Shown here piece after piece: positions 34,105 through 48,014 of a DNA stretch of 64,000 nt. Every line of letters begins with the position of its first letter. Position 1 is the stretch's first letter. The DNA comes from Anthoceros angustus (Eukaryota > Plantae > Anthocerotophyta): positions 806,001 to 870,000 of the forward strand of contig VJWM01000116.1 in the NCBI GenBank assembly GCA_010909165.1, read 5' to 3'. The position numbers and the translations under genes were made by a program. The notes beneath the pieces were generated by a model. It did not search any database. It was not told where the DNA came from and saw nothing but the letters and a program-made list of their open reading frames with translations.

Positions 34105-37100
34105 ATGGAGTCATTGCTTGCCAAAGCACTCGAATCCAAGTTGAAATATTGGCTCAAGACATTCACCAGGGACCAATTCAAGTTACAGGGCCGAAGTGTC
34201 TTGTTGAGCAACCTTGGTGCCGCTCTCTATCTTTGTATTGGTGGTGTTCGTTTATGCTGACCCACTTGCCTCCCTAATCCCCATCAAGCTTTACTTAGGG
34301 TAAAATGCGTGCTTTGATGGCAGACCTCAATGGGGATGTTCTACATGCAAGCATCGGATTGCCAGCAGCCTTACGTGTTGAAAGAGCTAGTGTTAGCAGA
34401 TTTGAGCTGAAGGTGCTTTGCGGTACACCGTTTCTCTGTGTATCAGCACTACTGTTCTCCCTGGTCTTCTTCCACTGATTGCATGCCTGCGACCCACATT
34501 TTCAGTAGATGCTCACGTCCATCGAACTAACAAGTGTCATTTCATGATGCATCGTACTTTTCAGCTTCCGTCCTTTTCAAATGTGAAGGCAGAGCCAACC
34601 GTGGTTGAAATTGATAGGCTAGACCTTGTACTTGTGGAAAAGTCTGCAAATGAGGGCACTACTGTTGCTGGGTACTTACTGTACTAAGTCCTGTTAGTGA
34701 CTCTGTTCACGTGGGATTTTTTCTGAGTAATAGCTCAAGGCCCTTGAGCTGTTTAGATGGGGCTCTGAGTTGTCTTGCCTGGTTGCAGGAGCCAGCCATC
34801 AGCGCCAACAGTAAAAAGCACAGCCTATAGTCTTGCTGACAAGGTCTGTTATATTGGCCCTCCGAATCCCTTTTCTGTGTGACGTGACCCTTATGAATTT
34901 TGCTGTTTTGAGGAAGGTGCAGGCTGTCCCTTATTTGCTGAATGATTTTCTTCTTTTACAGATTGCTGATGGGATGACTATCAGAGTCGGTACGGTGAAT
35001 TTAACTCTGGAGACGAGAGGTGGTAGTGCAGGGCATGGAGGTGCTGCTTGGTATGTAATTATGTAGCGCCTTCTGTAGACACACAAATCTCTCGACTTTC
35101 ATTGAGTGGTTCATCAAATTCTGTTTTTTTCTTGTTCTTTTTTTTACAGGACTCCTCCTCTGGCTTCTGTCACAATCTGTAATCTGGTCCTTTACACAAC
35201 GAATGAACGGTGGAAGGTGCCTAAGTCTTTGATCATCTGCTTGTTGCTATTTGACAAGTGATGTCTGTAGCTACATTGTTTGGTGAAAGGTACCACGTCA
35301 GATCCAAATGATCTCAAATTTTGTGTGGCAGGTCGTGTCTTTGAATGAAGCAAGAGACTACTCCAAAAATAAGAATTGTATCTACGTATTTAAGGTGAGT
35401 GGATAGAACTTCAAACTATCCTCATGAGATTCCAGCCTTTGAGACAAGCGGTTTTAATGCAACACGTTGGCATTCTGCAGAAACTGGAATGGGAGTCACT
35501 TTCAATTGATCTTCTGCCACATCCTGATATGTTCAAGGATGATCGAATAACAAGTCCAAATCTTGGGGACCCTACTCGAGATAATGATGGTGCAAGAAGG
35601 TTGTTCTTTGGGGGGGAGCGCTTCTTGGACAAAATATCTGGAGCAGCTAATGTAGGAAGTCTATATGCACAGCCTTCAAAATCAGTCAGCAGGCATCCCA
35701 GATGGTCATGTTCTATGGGTGTGGACTTAGGGGTCATCAGGGTGTGGCTGATTGTTTTCATAATTCACCACAGTCTGGGACACTGTCAAAGCAAGGTAGT
35801 ACCTGCAAACTTAGCTGGTGTCATTTACCTCATTTCAGATCACCATGCAAAGGACAGAACAGAACAATCCATTAGCACTTGAGGTGCAGTTACATCTCCC
35901 TGAGGCTCTTTGCCCTTCTTTGAGTGAACCAGGTAGCCACCTCTATTTCTTTCTTTGTAATTCTTTCCGAGCTTTGTCATTCAGCATTTGACTGATCTTC
36001 CTGCCTGCAGGTTTGCGAGCATTGTTGCGTTTCATGACAGGCATTTATGTTTGCCTCAACCGAGGTGATGTAGATCCTAAGACCCAGCAGGTAAAGTTCA
36101 CAAATTGGGTATAAACAATTAGAGCTTCTCCTCTTGTTATTTATCATTCCCCTGTGTAGATGACGACGACGGATGCAGCAGACAACGGTCTGCACTATTT
36201 TCACTTAAGGGATATGGTTTTCTTTAGAATATTCCTCAGTATTGATGAGGTGATGAATGCTGCTGTTTTCAGTCCGCAGATGCTGCAGGGCGCTCAATGG
36301 TGGCAGTACACGTGGAGCACATTTTCTTATGCATTAAAGAAGCAGGTCGTGTTGAGTAGTGGGCCTGCTGTTTGGCCTCTATGTTTTGTGAATCCTATAA
36401 GAAGTTCTGACTGTATCAGAGACGGGTGGGTGCAGAATTCCAGCTTGAGCTTCTCATGCAGTCATTGCATTATGTGCGGGTATTGCACTGGACCTAGGCT
36501 GTTGCATCAACAGCTCGTCATATCAATCACCATATGCCTTGGCTGCGAAGCATCCCTGATAGCCACCCTCTTTGATTGCTATCCTCTGCAGGCCACTGTT
36601 GGGATTGGAGATAACATTCAATCTATGGTTCGACTTGAATTAGGTGCCATGTTTTTGAGGTACAGGCTGACATTTATTGATGTCTTCCTGTCAATGCTGG
36701 AGCCTGGCCTTTTTACTGAGATTTATTTATGTCTTCCTGTCTTTGCTGGACCCTGGTCTTTTTATACCTAGTCCTGTCTTGTTTACGTGCACAGGGATGG
36801 TTTTTCTCGACCAACATGCACTCTCATCCAGCCAAGTATGCGGAATATCCCGACTGATTTTCCACCAGTTCCATCATTTGGTACATTAACACAACTTAGG
36901 TCTTCTTCTCTTCTTTAGTTTTTAGAGTAAATGTGAGCGATTTTTTGTTTGGAATTTGATGTTTCTGGTTATAATTCTTGGCAGCTAGTGAAAAGTCCTG
37001 GCCAAGGACTTATCCTCTTGAAAATCAGCTCATTCCAAGAGGAGGAGCACCACCAATGCTGTGCATGTACTCTTCACAAACGACGCCTACTCCCTTGCCT

Positions 37101-40100
37101 CCTGCACTTGCTTCTCAGATGGTTGTCCAGTGCCAGCCTTTAAAGGTACTTATGGGAGATTTCAATTGAAAGCCTTAGCAGGCCATGGCCAAGTAAGATG
37201 TGGTTTGAAGGAAAATGTGTGTTTGCAAGTGATGTACTTTGATTTGTGCAGATCAATCTCCAAGAGCAGTCCTGTAAACGTATTGCTTCCTTTATAGCAG
37301 ATGGCATTGTTGTTGAGCCAGGCGTTGTTTTGCCTGATGCCTCCTTGAATGGTTTTTACTTCAATCTCAAGGAATTCGATGCAACTATCCCGTTAAACAA
37401 TGAAAATGGTTCTGGTGAGGATAAACCCAGCCTGGAGAAAGGGTTCACAGGAGCTAGGCTTCATGTTGAAGGCTTTGTAGTTGCACAGAGTCCACTCTTA
37501 ACCTACAGGTTGTTGCAGCTTGATAAAGATCCAGCATGCTTTGCTTTTTGGAAAGGTCAAGCTATTGATGCAAGCCAGCAGAGATGGGTTATGCGGGCAT
37601 CTCGGATAAGTGTTGCCTTGGAGACAGAGAGCTGTGATGACCTAGCACAAAGTATGAACTCGGAGGACTGGGCTGCAGGGTTGTGGATTTGTGTTGAAAT
37701 GCTTGACCCGTTGGTTGAGATTGCTATGGTCAGCAATGACGGGTCAGCCTTGGTGACCTTGCCTCCCCCAGGTGGGACAGTGAGAGTGGGTATAGCTTGC
37801 AAAAGATATGTATCCAACACGTCCACAGAACAGCTGCTGTTTGTGCTGAAGATGTATGCGTATATGGTGAAAGCCAGCGAGTCACTCTTGGGAGTCGGTT
37901 GTCCACCAAATGCAGGGGTAGCGGAAGGTGGAGCTGCCATGCAGGAGATCTCCACTGTTGACTCCTCAAGTTTGCTGGCTCTGGCCCCAGCTGACACAGC
38001 CGTGGCCCTCACATTAAATGTCGTTGAGCTGAAGCTTCTGGAATCGGTACCAGGCCAAATCACTGTGGAAGGCCCAGTCCTGGTGCACATCCTGAGCAGT
38101 GGAATCTGTCTAAGAGTATCGCACAGGGCATTTGGTGGAGCAGCTGAGGTGTCTTCTACACTTCGCTGGCAAGGCATTCATGTTGAATGCGTTGAGACGC
38201 ACCTGGACAGTTCTATATTAGACCCTCTTCAGACTCCTCTGAGCCGGCATTCCAGCTTGCAACAGTCAGTGCCTGGAGAAGATGGGCTTCCAATTAAGTC
38301 CGCAATTCCCGACATGCGTGCTGTGTTTTGGGTTGGTGAAAAGATAGGTGACAAACTCCCAACTAAAGATTATGTTAACAATGGAGATGTGCCTCCGTTC
38401 CTCGATGTTAGCGTTACCAACTTCATTCCATACAAGGCAGATGGGGAGAGTCATACCCTTAAAGTATCTGCCAAAGTGGCTGGCATTCGGTTAGGAGGCG
38501 GAATGGTCTACAACGAGGCTCTCCTGCACCGTTTTGGTGTACTAGGACCCGACGGCGGGCCAGGGGAGGATGTGACAAAGTTACTGAAGACCTTGTCAAA
38601 TGGCCCATTGGCGGATGTCTTCAAGCCTTCTCCAATGCCCGCAGCGACGAATGAGGGTAAGCAACTTCCTGTGGACAGCATTTCGTGATGTTGGCCAAAT
38701 TGTGCACCAAAACTTGTTTCGGTGCGTCAAGTACGTCTCAGAATGCTCCTACTTTGTGCTTTTAGGGATCACCTCGAGTGTGAAAGAGGATGACGATTCT
38801 TGGGAGGTTAATATGCCAGACAACATTGATCTGGACCTACAACTCCAGGACTGGCTATTGGTTCTTGAAGGGCTGGATGGTCTGACGGATGGAGAGTCCT
38901 CATTATCAAAGATGAACACAACTCAAGCCTGGCAAGAGAATTGCTGGCATTCTACATTCAGATGTTTAAGGATTGTAGCCTGCTCTGATGACAAACCTGT
39001 TGCATTGGGCCAGCCTAATGGTGTTGGAAAGAGCACTGCTTCATTTCCAGTGTCCAAGATCACAGTAAGTGCTCTGCGATTGGGTATGGCTACGAAGTTT
39101 TAAGGAGGTGTAGTAATAGATTGGCGATGGACTAAAGCAACTTTCCAATTGAGCAGGTGTCGTCTCTGTGCAGATGCATATCGAGGGCCTTCAAGCCCTC
39201 AAACCTCGTTCTGTTGAGCACAGTCGAGATGCTGCCGATGAAATGTATCCTGGTAGACCGTCTGAGAAGTTGCCTGGTACAGAGGCAGGTGCACTCAGGG
39301 GCAACCCGAGTGCTGGAGTGAGTTCCAACGCGAGAAGCAGAGGTGGATTGGATCTCGAAGTGCGATTAGTTGCAAGAGCAGACCCAACTGACGCAGACTT
39401 GGGTATGGGGGAATGGACGGTGGACAGTGTCCGCTTAGCCGTGGAGGAACCGGTTAAGAATCCATCCTTGTTGTCTGTATGTGTAGCCCACAACAACCCG
39501 CTTCGAGCGACGTCAATAATTGACTATACGGATTGCCCTGCAGGTGGAAGTGGAAGCAACCAAAACTGAGGTGGAGTTTCTTATCGATCTTTGCAAGGCA
39601 GAGATCGAGTCGGCAAGTAGAATCGCCGCTGGAGGAATCAAGCTTCTGAACCTCCCGATCGGGCAGTCTGCCATTGAGCAGCTCAGTAACGTGGGTAAGT
39701 GCGAAGGGTGCTGCTGTTTTCGTGGAATCCTGTTACGCATCAAGTACCAAGCTGACCCACAGCAATGCAGGAAGCGGAAGTTTAGAGAAGCTGCTTACTC
39801 CCGAAAGGGCACGCAGGAGCACCAGCGAGTGTCTAACTCCAGATCGACACCGTAGGGACAGTGAGATCCTAACTCCCACCGCCCACAGGCGCTCCACTCT
39901 TGGAACAGGACTATCAGACGAGAAGTTAGGTGCACTGGAGGCAGCCGTGAGCAAGTCCCAGCTCCTGCTGACCACAATCCACCGACGTGCGACCGACGAT
40001 GGGACTAAACCACAAGTCGACATTCCGCAACCCTCTCCCTCAGCACCAGAGCTGACTCAGCTGGGTGAGCAGCTTCGCCACATGCAAGCCCTGCTGTGTA

Positions 40101-40126
40101 GCCTTAGAAGTCCTCCCTTTCCGTGA
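34105..40126 (+). CDS. Chorein-N bridge-like lipid transfer protein (BLTP3/UHRF1BP1-like, At3g20720-like), multi-exon
   Basis: MESLLAKALESKLKYWLKTFTRDQFKLQGR..LSNLD; EPTVVEIDRLDLVL; KLEWESLSIDLLPHPDMF; RRLFFGGERFL; RLGGGMVYNEALLHRFGVLGPDGGPG. Many short GT-AG introns; not every exon was delimited. Confidence 0.9.
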
Positions 40127-40945
40127 TCTTCTGTCCTCTTGCTACTGTCAGTCCCAGTGTATTTCCTGGTCACGCCTGCCGGCGGCCATTATCGGATATC
40201 CTGCTGAGCATCCAGTCGACATTCTGGGCACTTTTCCATCCCTTCTTTTTCTCCCTCCGTACTCTGGCAGGCTTGACAGAGCCGGCATGCGCACGATGAG
40301 CTGTCCAGGAAGTGAGTGTGGCACATGTGTCGCCCTGCCATCTCTTGCCTCTGTGGACGCTCACCTCAACATTCACGACCTGCAGCTCACGCATGACAGT
40401 CTCGAGTTCCTTTTCTTTTTTTTCTTTTTTTCTTTGAACACCAGTCTCCAGTCTTTTGTACTGTAGTGTGTGAATCTGCTGGCCGAGGGCCCGAGACGTG
40501 GACGCATGCTATGTAGCACTATGTAGCAAGCTGTTAAGAGGGTCGTACGGCCTCCGCTCGCTGCCGTTTGACAGTTACTGCGGGGCTCATGGGCCGTAGG
40601 GCGGGACCGGCTCGGGACAGGGCAGGCCTGCATGTTGTAACTTGTGGGCCCCTGCGCGTGCATTGTTTTTCGCGCGACCTGCTGCGGCCGTGAGATGAAT
40701 CTCGTCTGGAAGCACGCGCGGAGGCTTGGGAGGCTCGACGGGCTTTTTTCTAAGCTCTGCTGATACGCGCAATTTGTACCTACACCTGAGGTACGACGGA
40801 GCGGAAAAGGGCGGGACGAGAGCGTTGTCCGCTGCGTCGGCGAGTTCGCTTCGCAATTTGCAGGCGCGGGCTCGACTCTCGGATCCGGCCTTCTTGCATT
40901 TCAGGTTCTTCGCGGGATCTGCGTTCTGCTTTCTGCCGGGGCGCG

Positions 40946-43236
40946 ATGGCCAAGGCGGGAGCTTTCGATCTGGCCACAGGCACAGGAGGGTACATCGCGC
41001 GCGACCAGATGGTCTCGGCTGTCGACACGTACGTTCTTCGGCAGCTTGGGCTCGCGTTGGAACTCCTGGAACTTCTGGGAGTTTGGATCCTGATGGAATG
41101 CAAGTTTTTCTCATGCATGCTTGCTGCAGGTACGAGAAGTACCACACTGAGCACGGCGGGGATGAAGATGAGCGCAAGGCCAACTACACGGACATGGTAG
41201 GCACATTGCTGCCCTATCGTGCGTATCGGGTGCAGGATGTGGGCTGGATGGAAGGAGGGAAGGAAGGAAGTGTTTGCCAGGGATGGTGTAGTAAGGGGTG
41301 TGCGTGTTTCAGGTGAACAAGTACTACGATCTGGTTACCAGTTTCTACGAGTTTGGATGGGGTCAGTCGTTCCACTTCGCTCCCAGGTGCGCGTCCGTGC
41401 CGCTGCGCTGCAATGTATGTCTTCCAGTAAGGGCATCGGTCGTGGAGCCATCCTGATTGATCTGCCTGAATTGGAACTGGCAGATGGACCGGAGAATCTC
41501 TGCGGGAGAGCATCAAGAGACATGAACATTACCTTGCGCTTCACCTTGGTTTGAAGCCGGGCATGAAGGTAGAAGCGCGCGTTGGCTGTAGCTCTGGCGA
41601 CTATCCGTTTGTCATTTGGAGGAGGGGGGGTAGTTCGGTTCTTTTTCACCAGTTTGTTTGGATGTTCTAGGTCTTGGATGTTGGCTGCGGAGTTGGTGGG
41701 CCGCTTAGGGAGATTGCCCAATTCAGGTGCGCTGTGGATTCTGTATGTTGTGCAACTTTTTGGTGACATGTTGAACATTTCTCACAAATTGTTTTTGGGA
41801 ATGAGATCTGTGCACAAAACTGCGACCTTACTCTTTTCTGGGTCTTTCATGCAGCGGTGCGTACATAACGGGATTGAACAACAATGCATACCAAATATCC
41901 CGTGGGACGGTAAGTGCAAAGCCAGCAATCTTGTAGGCTTCCCTGGAGCAACTGTAACTGTTCTCAACAGATCTTTTCACTCTACTGTCTGTGTTTGTTG
42001 CAGGAACTGAACCGGAAGGTTGGCTTGGATCGCACGTGTGACTTTCTCAAAGTAAGCTGATTGAAACCTGGCTGTTATTGGGTCTATGTATAACTATGGT
42101 GCCACTGGCCCTCGTGAGGAGCTGCCTGGGTGATTTACTGCCCTTCTCCACGGCACATTGTCATTCAGGCAGACTTCATGAAGATGCCTGTGGAAGACAA
42201 CACTTATGATGCCGTCTACACAATTGAGGCTACCTGTCACGCACCTGATCCGGTATGTTCCAAGATGCACCTTCAGCGGAATCATCTCCGGATTCTCAAC
42301 CCATTCTGTTTCATCCCACCATTTCTTAACTGTCGAGTGCAGGTGGCATGCTACAAGGAAATCAAACGTGTGCTGAAGCCTGGCCAGCTTTTTGCTGGGT
42401 ATGAGTGGTGCATGACTGATGCATTTGATCCAAAGAATGCAGAGCATCTGCGCATAAAGGTGAGACACGATCATGATTTTGAGATGGCAGCCCTACCCTA
42501 CCCAAACCTGGATTTATTCTTCCTCCACCTGTCATAGATATCCTCAAGTTACAGCTTTCCTAAATGCCGGGCTGTCCATTGCAGGCAGATATTGAGATTG
42601 GAGATGGATTACCTGACATTCGGACAACTAAGCAGTGCCTTGCAGCTTTCCATGAAGCAGGATTTGAAGTATGATAACTTGTCTTATGTTTGGGCCGTTT
42701 CTATGGTTCAGAGAGAGTCTTGCAGGGTCTATTGTAGGTCTCTGAGCTGAGAACAGCTGTCCTCATGACACCCTTCGCTATGCTTTTCAGGTTCTCATAG
42801 AAGAGGACTTGGCAAAGACTGGGCAAATCCCGTGGTACTTACCGCTAGATCCCAATCACTTCTCTCTCAGCAGCTTCCGCCTCACAAAGATAGGCCGCCT
42901 GCTAACACACAACATGGTAGGGATCATTGAGCTGCTGAGGCTGATGGTGAAAGCAGTGTCTTATCAGTGTCCTTTCTAACTACAGTCGTCCTGTTTCAGG
43001 TTAGGGTAATGGAGGCCCTAAGAATAGCTCCTGAGGGAAGTGTAAGGGTTAGTACCTTTCTGTTGTCAGCTGCAAACGGGCTTGTGGAAGGTGGCAGGTA
43101 TGTTGCGCTCTTTTCCCTGTAGGACTACAAATGTTTTGGTCATGATCACAGCACTCATCTGCAACTGTTGAACGTTTTCAGGAAGGAAATATTCACTCCA
43201 GCCTACTTCTTCTTAGTACGAAAGCCACTGGAGTGA
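40946..43236 (+). CDS. SMT1: Cycloartenol C24-methyltransferase (sterol methyltransferase 1), multi-exon
   Basis: [12 protein letters not shown]; [32 protein letters not shown]; [16 protein letters not shown]; IEATCHAPD; [11 protein letters not shown]; [16 protein letters not shown]. Confidence 0.96.
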
Positions 43237-43819
43237 GTGTCAGAAGCTAGTACCCCTGCAGCTTGGGCTTTCGTGCAAGGTCCAAGTCATTCTCTCTTGG
43301 AAACTTGCATTCGCCAAAGTGTCGGGGGCGAATTCGTGGCTTGCAATCTTCCACATTCGTCACCCGCACATCAGAACACTAGCAATAGGTGATGGCAGGG
43401 AGTGTGCCCCCTCAATTGGAGGCTATTTGTACTTCCCTTGCCGTCTTTGCTTTGATGAGGATCAGGTTTCTGCTTGAAATTGATGCTTTTTGTTTCTTCA
43501 CATTGCTGTTTGCATCGAGCTTCTTTCTTCTGAGAATTATCAAACGTGTGATACGTCTTGGGCTGCCGATTGTAAGGACAGGCAGTGTGATAATGAGCGT
43601 CGTCCTCTCTTTCTTCCAAACGTCGTGAGTGGTAAACGAGACTTCGTACCCGGAACTAAGAAGCAAAAGTTGCGTAGTTGTAAATCGGTTGCCAAGGTTA
43701 CAAACTCATCGTACAATCAGCTGTTGTCAATTCAGGAGACATGGTCATTCCCACTACCTTGCGATAGTAGGGCAACAAAACGACAACCAGGCAACGGGAT
43801 GAGAGTCACCCTCCGCGAA

Positions 43820-44452
43820 CTAGCTACTTCTGTCGGAGTCGTCTGCTGCGTACACCTCCAAATCATCATCTGAAGCTGATGCGGACTCTACCTCGTCACG
43901 ATCTCTTGTGGACATATCCTGAGATTCCCCGTTGGCAAAGTCATCCTCCTTCCCAGGACTGTCACTTCTACTAGTAGTGAAGCCACTAATGTCTTCACTG
44001 GAGGACTGGATCGGCCTTTCCACACCTTGGTGATCCATGGCCTCCGGCTCTACCTCCTCTTCATATCCAGCGTCGTAAACCGGAAGACCATTCGAAGCCG
44101 GATCCCCGCCATATTCCTGGCCCTCGCTCTCTGCCTCTTCTTGATCACCAGGTGTAAGAGGCATGCTTTCACCACCAGCCTTTTCTGCTGCCCTAGTGCC
44201 AGCTTGAGAGTCTGATTGCCTTAGCAACCTTGCTTTTTTCCTGAGGAAGTTCACTTCAGCTTGAAGACGCTGTTTCGACTTTTTCAGCTCTTGCAACTGA
44301 GTAGACCTAGCAACAGTGTCCTTGAAGAGCTCATTGTACTCCCTGCGAATCGATGCAAGCCTAACCTTCGCAGATCGCGGATCCTTCTCTCTACTTTTAC
44401 GATCCATTGGAACCCAAACTCCTCCAAATTCCAGCCCAGGGAGATGAGCCAC
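43820..44452 (-). CDS. Uncharacterised protein, 210 aa: N-terminal coiled coil (...LQAEVNFLRKK) and acidic tail
   Basis: ATG-initiated single ORF. The EYNEL.K.T...K.RLQAEV.FLR motif resembles a conserved plant coiled-coil family (possibly INO80E-like; unverified). Confidence 0.7.
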   Translation of the reverse strand: MAHLPGLEFGGVWVPMDRKSREKDPRSAKVRLASIRREYNELFKDTVARSTQLQELKKSKQRLQAEVNFLRKKARLLRQSDSQAGTRAAEKAGGESMPLTPGDQEEAESEGQEYGGDPASNGLPVYDAGYEEEVEPEAMDHQGVERPIQSSSEDISGFTTSRSDSPGKEDDFANGESQDMSTRDRDEVESASASDDDLEVYAADDSDRSS

Positions 44453-45004
44453 TTAGCGTCCTTATCTCAGGATCCTTCACTACGAGATCTCAGTACGCTA
44501 ACTTCCTTCATCGGGCTCCACTTCACCGCATACAGCTGCCAATAAGCGAGCCTCGACAGTGGAATCCTTCAAGGACCGTTTGATGAGGAAGCCGGAGGTT
44601 CAGAAATGTTGTTATCCTCTTGCGCAAGCTCCCCAGCCAAAGGTTCCGCTTGAGGGATAGTCTGCATCAGTTCAGAAACGGGAGGAATATCCCTCAGATG
44701 CAGGGGGAAAGCAGGATAACAAAACGCCGCAACCGGCGACGGTGTGCTCAGGAGCTAGAGCAAAAAAGAAAGAACACAATAATCTACTCACAAGGTCGGG
44801 CTTGGATATGTTGTGAACAAGGGAGGCGCCTGTCAACATTGACGTGAGAACAACAACGTAAGAGAGAACCATAGACGGCGTGCTTACCGTCCGCCCGGCC
44901 ATCGCCCCGTAGCTGCCACCCCCGGAAAACCGAAAATGCCACTTCCGGAAAACCGAAAAGGCAAGAAAGGGAAAAACATGCGAAGAACGCTTCCTTATAA
45001 TTTT

Positions 45005-45735
45005 GGATTTTATTACTATTTATTTATTTCTTGAAAGGTTCACAATGAAACAAAGGACATCGGGCCGAGGAGGGCGTGTGGATTCTAAAGGGGAGAAGGA
45101 AATGGGATCCACCTAGGTGGAACTCCATACTTGACCGCCGATGGTGGGGGATTCGAATTCCCTTAAACACCAGCGTTTCAAAAAAGCTAAATGACATGCA
45201 AAGCAGAAGCACGAAAGAGGAGTGAGGGGATAAGGGATGGAGAGGGACAAGGGGAGAAAGACAGTAGCGGGGCTAAGGCTGAGCTTCTAAGAAGATTGGG
45301 AATCTGTATTGAAGTTGAGCCAAACTAAATTGAACTGTAAGAAGATCTCGCGCTTTGGTTGAGAGTAAAGTTTATCGCTACAAAAAAAACAAATCTCGCG
45401 CTTGATAGTTTTACACAAGGAAAATCGGCAAAACGGCGCGCCCCAAAACACTTTGTGTTGAAGAGCAAAAGAAGAACAAAAGACAGGATGACTCTGGAGC
45501 AAAAAGGCACATGGGACAACGCGGAGAGATAGGATCAAACTTTGCAAGCTTCAACTTAATAAGGAGAGCATGGTGCCTCAACCTAGTAAAGAGAGTATGG
45601 TGCAGAAGTAGCCAGAGAAAAGATTGAACCTTAGCAAGCAGCATACTACGCCAAAGAGCTCCAAATATTTGCCTCCATTGCCGATCGGATAAGACAGAAT
45701 GACTCACATAGTCGATCTTCCGCAACAGCCCTCAA
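45005..45735 (-). mobile_element. 3' fragment of an L1/Tx1-type LINE (zf-RVT region)
   Basis: LWRSMLLAKVQSFLWLLLHHTLFTR...CPMCLFAPESSCLLFFFC; A-rich tail aaataaataaatagtaataaaa. Confidence 0.75.
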
Positions 45736-45790
45736 CACCTTCTCACCTATCAAACATGCCCAGCAGATGACACTTCTCGAGAAGCTCCCG

Positions 45791-46066
45791 GCTTCTCCCG
45801 CACAAGTCGTTCAAGCAGGGTTCCCGTGACAATGAGGACAACACTGTCGATGACATGACCATACCTGTGCACGATCGCCCGAGCCAACTTAGTAGCTGTT
45901 CCAGCCCTCCGTTTTCTGCGTTCAAGCAGGGTTCCCGTGACAATGAGGACAACATTGTCGATGATATATATGACCATACCTGTGCACGATCGCCCGAGCC
46001 AACTTAGTAGCTGTTCCAGCCCTCCGTTTTCTGCCTATTATTCCAGCCCTCCGTTTTCTGCCTATT
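45791..46066. repeat. ~130-bp tandem duplication plus a ~27-bp sub-repeat
   Basis: ttcaagcagggttcccgtgacaatgaggac...ccagccctccgttttctgc twice; ttccagccctccgttttctgcctatta twice. Confidence 0.85.
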
Positions 46067-46270
46067 ATCACAGCTGTGCGGAAGGCGGTGCGGGCTTCCG
46101 CGCCCTCCTGGGCTTCCGGATAATCCATCACTCACGCCTGCCGCGCATCCTCCCTTCCTGCCTGCTCTCTCCCATCTCCAAATCACAGAAACACAATTTA
46201 TGGAGGAATTCTCGTTTGAATTCTCGTTTGTAGTTGAAAAACTGCACAAGGAGGTTGCAGTAGAAAAGGA

Positions 46271-46354
46271 TGTCAGAAGTGGGGTTTGAACCCACGCCCC
46301 CTTTCGGAGACCAGAACTTGAGTCTGGCGCCTTAGACCACTCGGCCATCCTGAC
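46271..46354 (-). tRNA. trnL-CAA: tRNA-Leu (anticodon CAA), intronless
   Basis: GTCAGGATGGCCGAGTGGTCTAAGGCGCCAGACTCAAGTTCTGGTCTCCGAAAGGGGGCGTGGGTTCAAACCCCACTTCTGACA: A and B boxes and a long variable arm. Upstream CAA and AT-rich tract; TTTT just downstream. Confidence 0.97.
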
Positions 46355-46637
46355 TTGATGTCAACTCCTGAGAATATTATTTATATTATTAATGTTTTTT
46401 AATCTTGGATTTCCTACATCCTCCTGTTCTGCCCTGGTTGATGGGGCGCGCACGCAACGACGGGCGAAGTGCACCCGGCGAAGATTGAACAGCGTCTTGT
46501 CTTGAACAACTCCATGACAAAACCAGCTGCATGAAGAGCTAATCACAGCATGTCCTAATGACGTTGTCGATACTTTCTTGTGCCCACATGACGGTTTCTA
46601 TGAACCACCTACTGGGATGGAATGCTTTACTCCAAGA

Positions 46638-47447
46638 ATGAAGACTCTGGAAAGGGTGGTGGAGTAAGGGTTATAAAATGAAATTTTTTCACGGATCATA
46701 GAGGAGAAAGTTATAAATTTGGAAAATTATTTCAATTCATTGAAACAAGTTTTACCTATATAGTTGGAGAAGCTTACTAGTAAAAATCTCTTGGGGATTA
46801 ATGATCCCCCTGCTCCTTCTTGTCCTGGTGGCAACACAGTATCAGAAGTTGTTTCCGAGACGACGGACCGTACTCGCCTCGCTTTGAACTTGAGAATTTC
46901 TGGTCTTGGTAATGATATTGTTGCAAAGGAGTTTCTCAAAAGGCTAGAGGTCGATGTGGTCGTTCTTCGAGCCTTCTGGCTTGGAAAGGATTCTGGTAGG
47001 GAGCGCATATTGATTATGACTTTTCACTCTACGGATGATCGCCCCAGGTTATGAAGGCTAGGTCTATGTTACGGACAACTCAATTATATATCAATGAGAA
47101 TCCTACACCATTGCAATGGAAGACTAAGAAGGAGAAGTTACTCGCTTTCAGAGCAGCTTGTGCTGCAGGTCAAGTGGCTTTCTTCGTGGGAATGAATTGG
47201 TGGTGTTTGGGAATGAATTGGTGGTGTTTGGGAATGAATTGGTGGTGTTTGGGAATGAATTGGTGGTGTTTGGCCCTTGTTCACGCAATTTCATTGACAC
47301 TGTTGATTGATTGAAGAGTATTTATCTTATTAAAATTTTACCTTTATATTAGTCCAGACTATTTTACCACAATTTATGTAGTTATCATATTTCAGTCCCA
47401 TGATGGAAATCCGTCCTCATTGAACTTAAATAAAATTCTTCTTCTTC
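46638..47447 (+). mobile_element. 5'-truncated second copy of the ORF1-only LINE
   Basis: Collinear with 7253-6507: LNLRISGLG, WLGKDSGRERILIMTFHSTDDR, LYINENPTPLQWKTKKEKL. Internal 21-bp unit gggaatgaattggtggtgttt x4 at 47188-47271. Ends gatggaaatccgtc...aataaaattcttcttcttct. Confidence 0.85.
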
Positions 47448-47569
47448 TAAACGTAAAAGAGTCGAGGACCTCTGTACCTCCGGGACATACTCACACAACG
47501 AGTTATTATAAATCCTTTCAAAAGAGTGCTGCATTTGGACCAGGAAAAAAAAATAAAAAAAACCTCACT

Positions 47570-47912
47570 ACCTAATACCTATGTGTGTCCAAATGGCTAA
47601 GGCCAAATGGACACACATTTATAAGAACGTCCTGGTTAAGCATCCTAAGCATCCTATGATTAAGCATCCTGAGCTTAGATCCGTACTTAGATGGGGTGTC
47701 TAAAGGGAGTGAATGCCCTTGGTGCAAGTAGCTTAGGCACACTATGTACAAGTTGTTAAGTACTAAGTCCCAATGATGGCAATCCGTCCTTGCCTGAGTG
47801 AATGCGCTTGGTGCAAGTAGCTTAGGCACACCATGGTACAAGTTGTTAAGTACCAAGTCCCATGACGGAAATCCGTCCTTAGTCGACTTCAATGAAATGC
47901 TATTTCTTCTTC
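47570..47912 (+). mobile_element. Short retroposon (SINE-like or LINE 3' end) carrying the shared hairpin tail, last ~90 bp duplicated
   Basis: ...gtaccaagtcccatGACGGAAATCCGTCcttagtcgacttcaatgaaatgctatttcttcttct. Body unrelated to the ORF1 element. Confidence 0.6.
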
Positions 47913-48014
47913 TATCTATGTACATGAAATATGTTAGGGCGAAATTCTGGTCCCTGGCCAGTTGCACAATTCCGAAGGCTCCTCGTGACAAATGGAGCAC
48001 CGACGCTCGCAAGG

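Noticed and set aside
45740-46260. Dicistronic tRNA-snoRNA downstream of tRNA-Leu
   Set aside because: T-runs follow the tRNA directly, and no convincing C/D or H/ACA box arrangement was seen.
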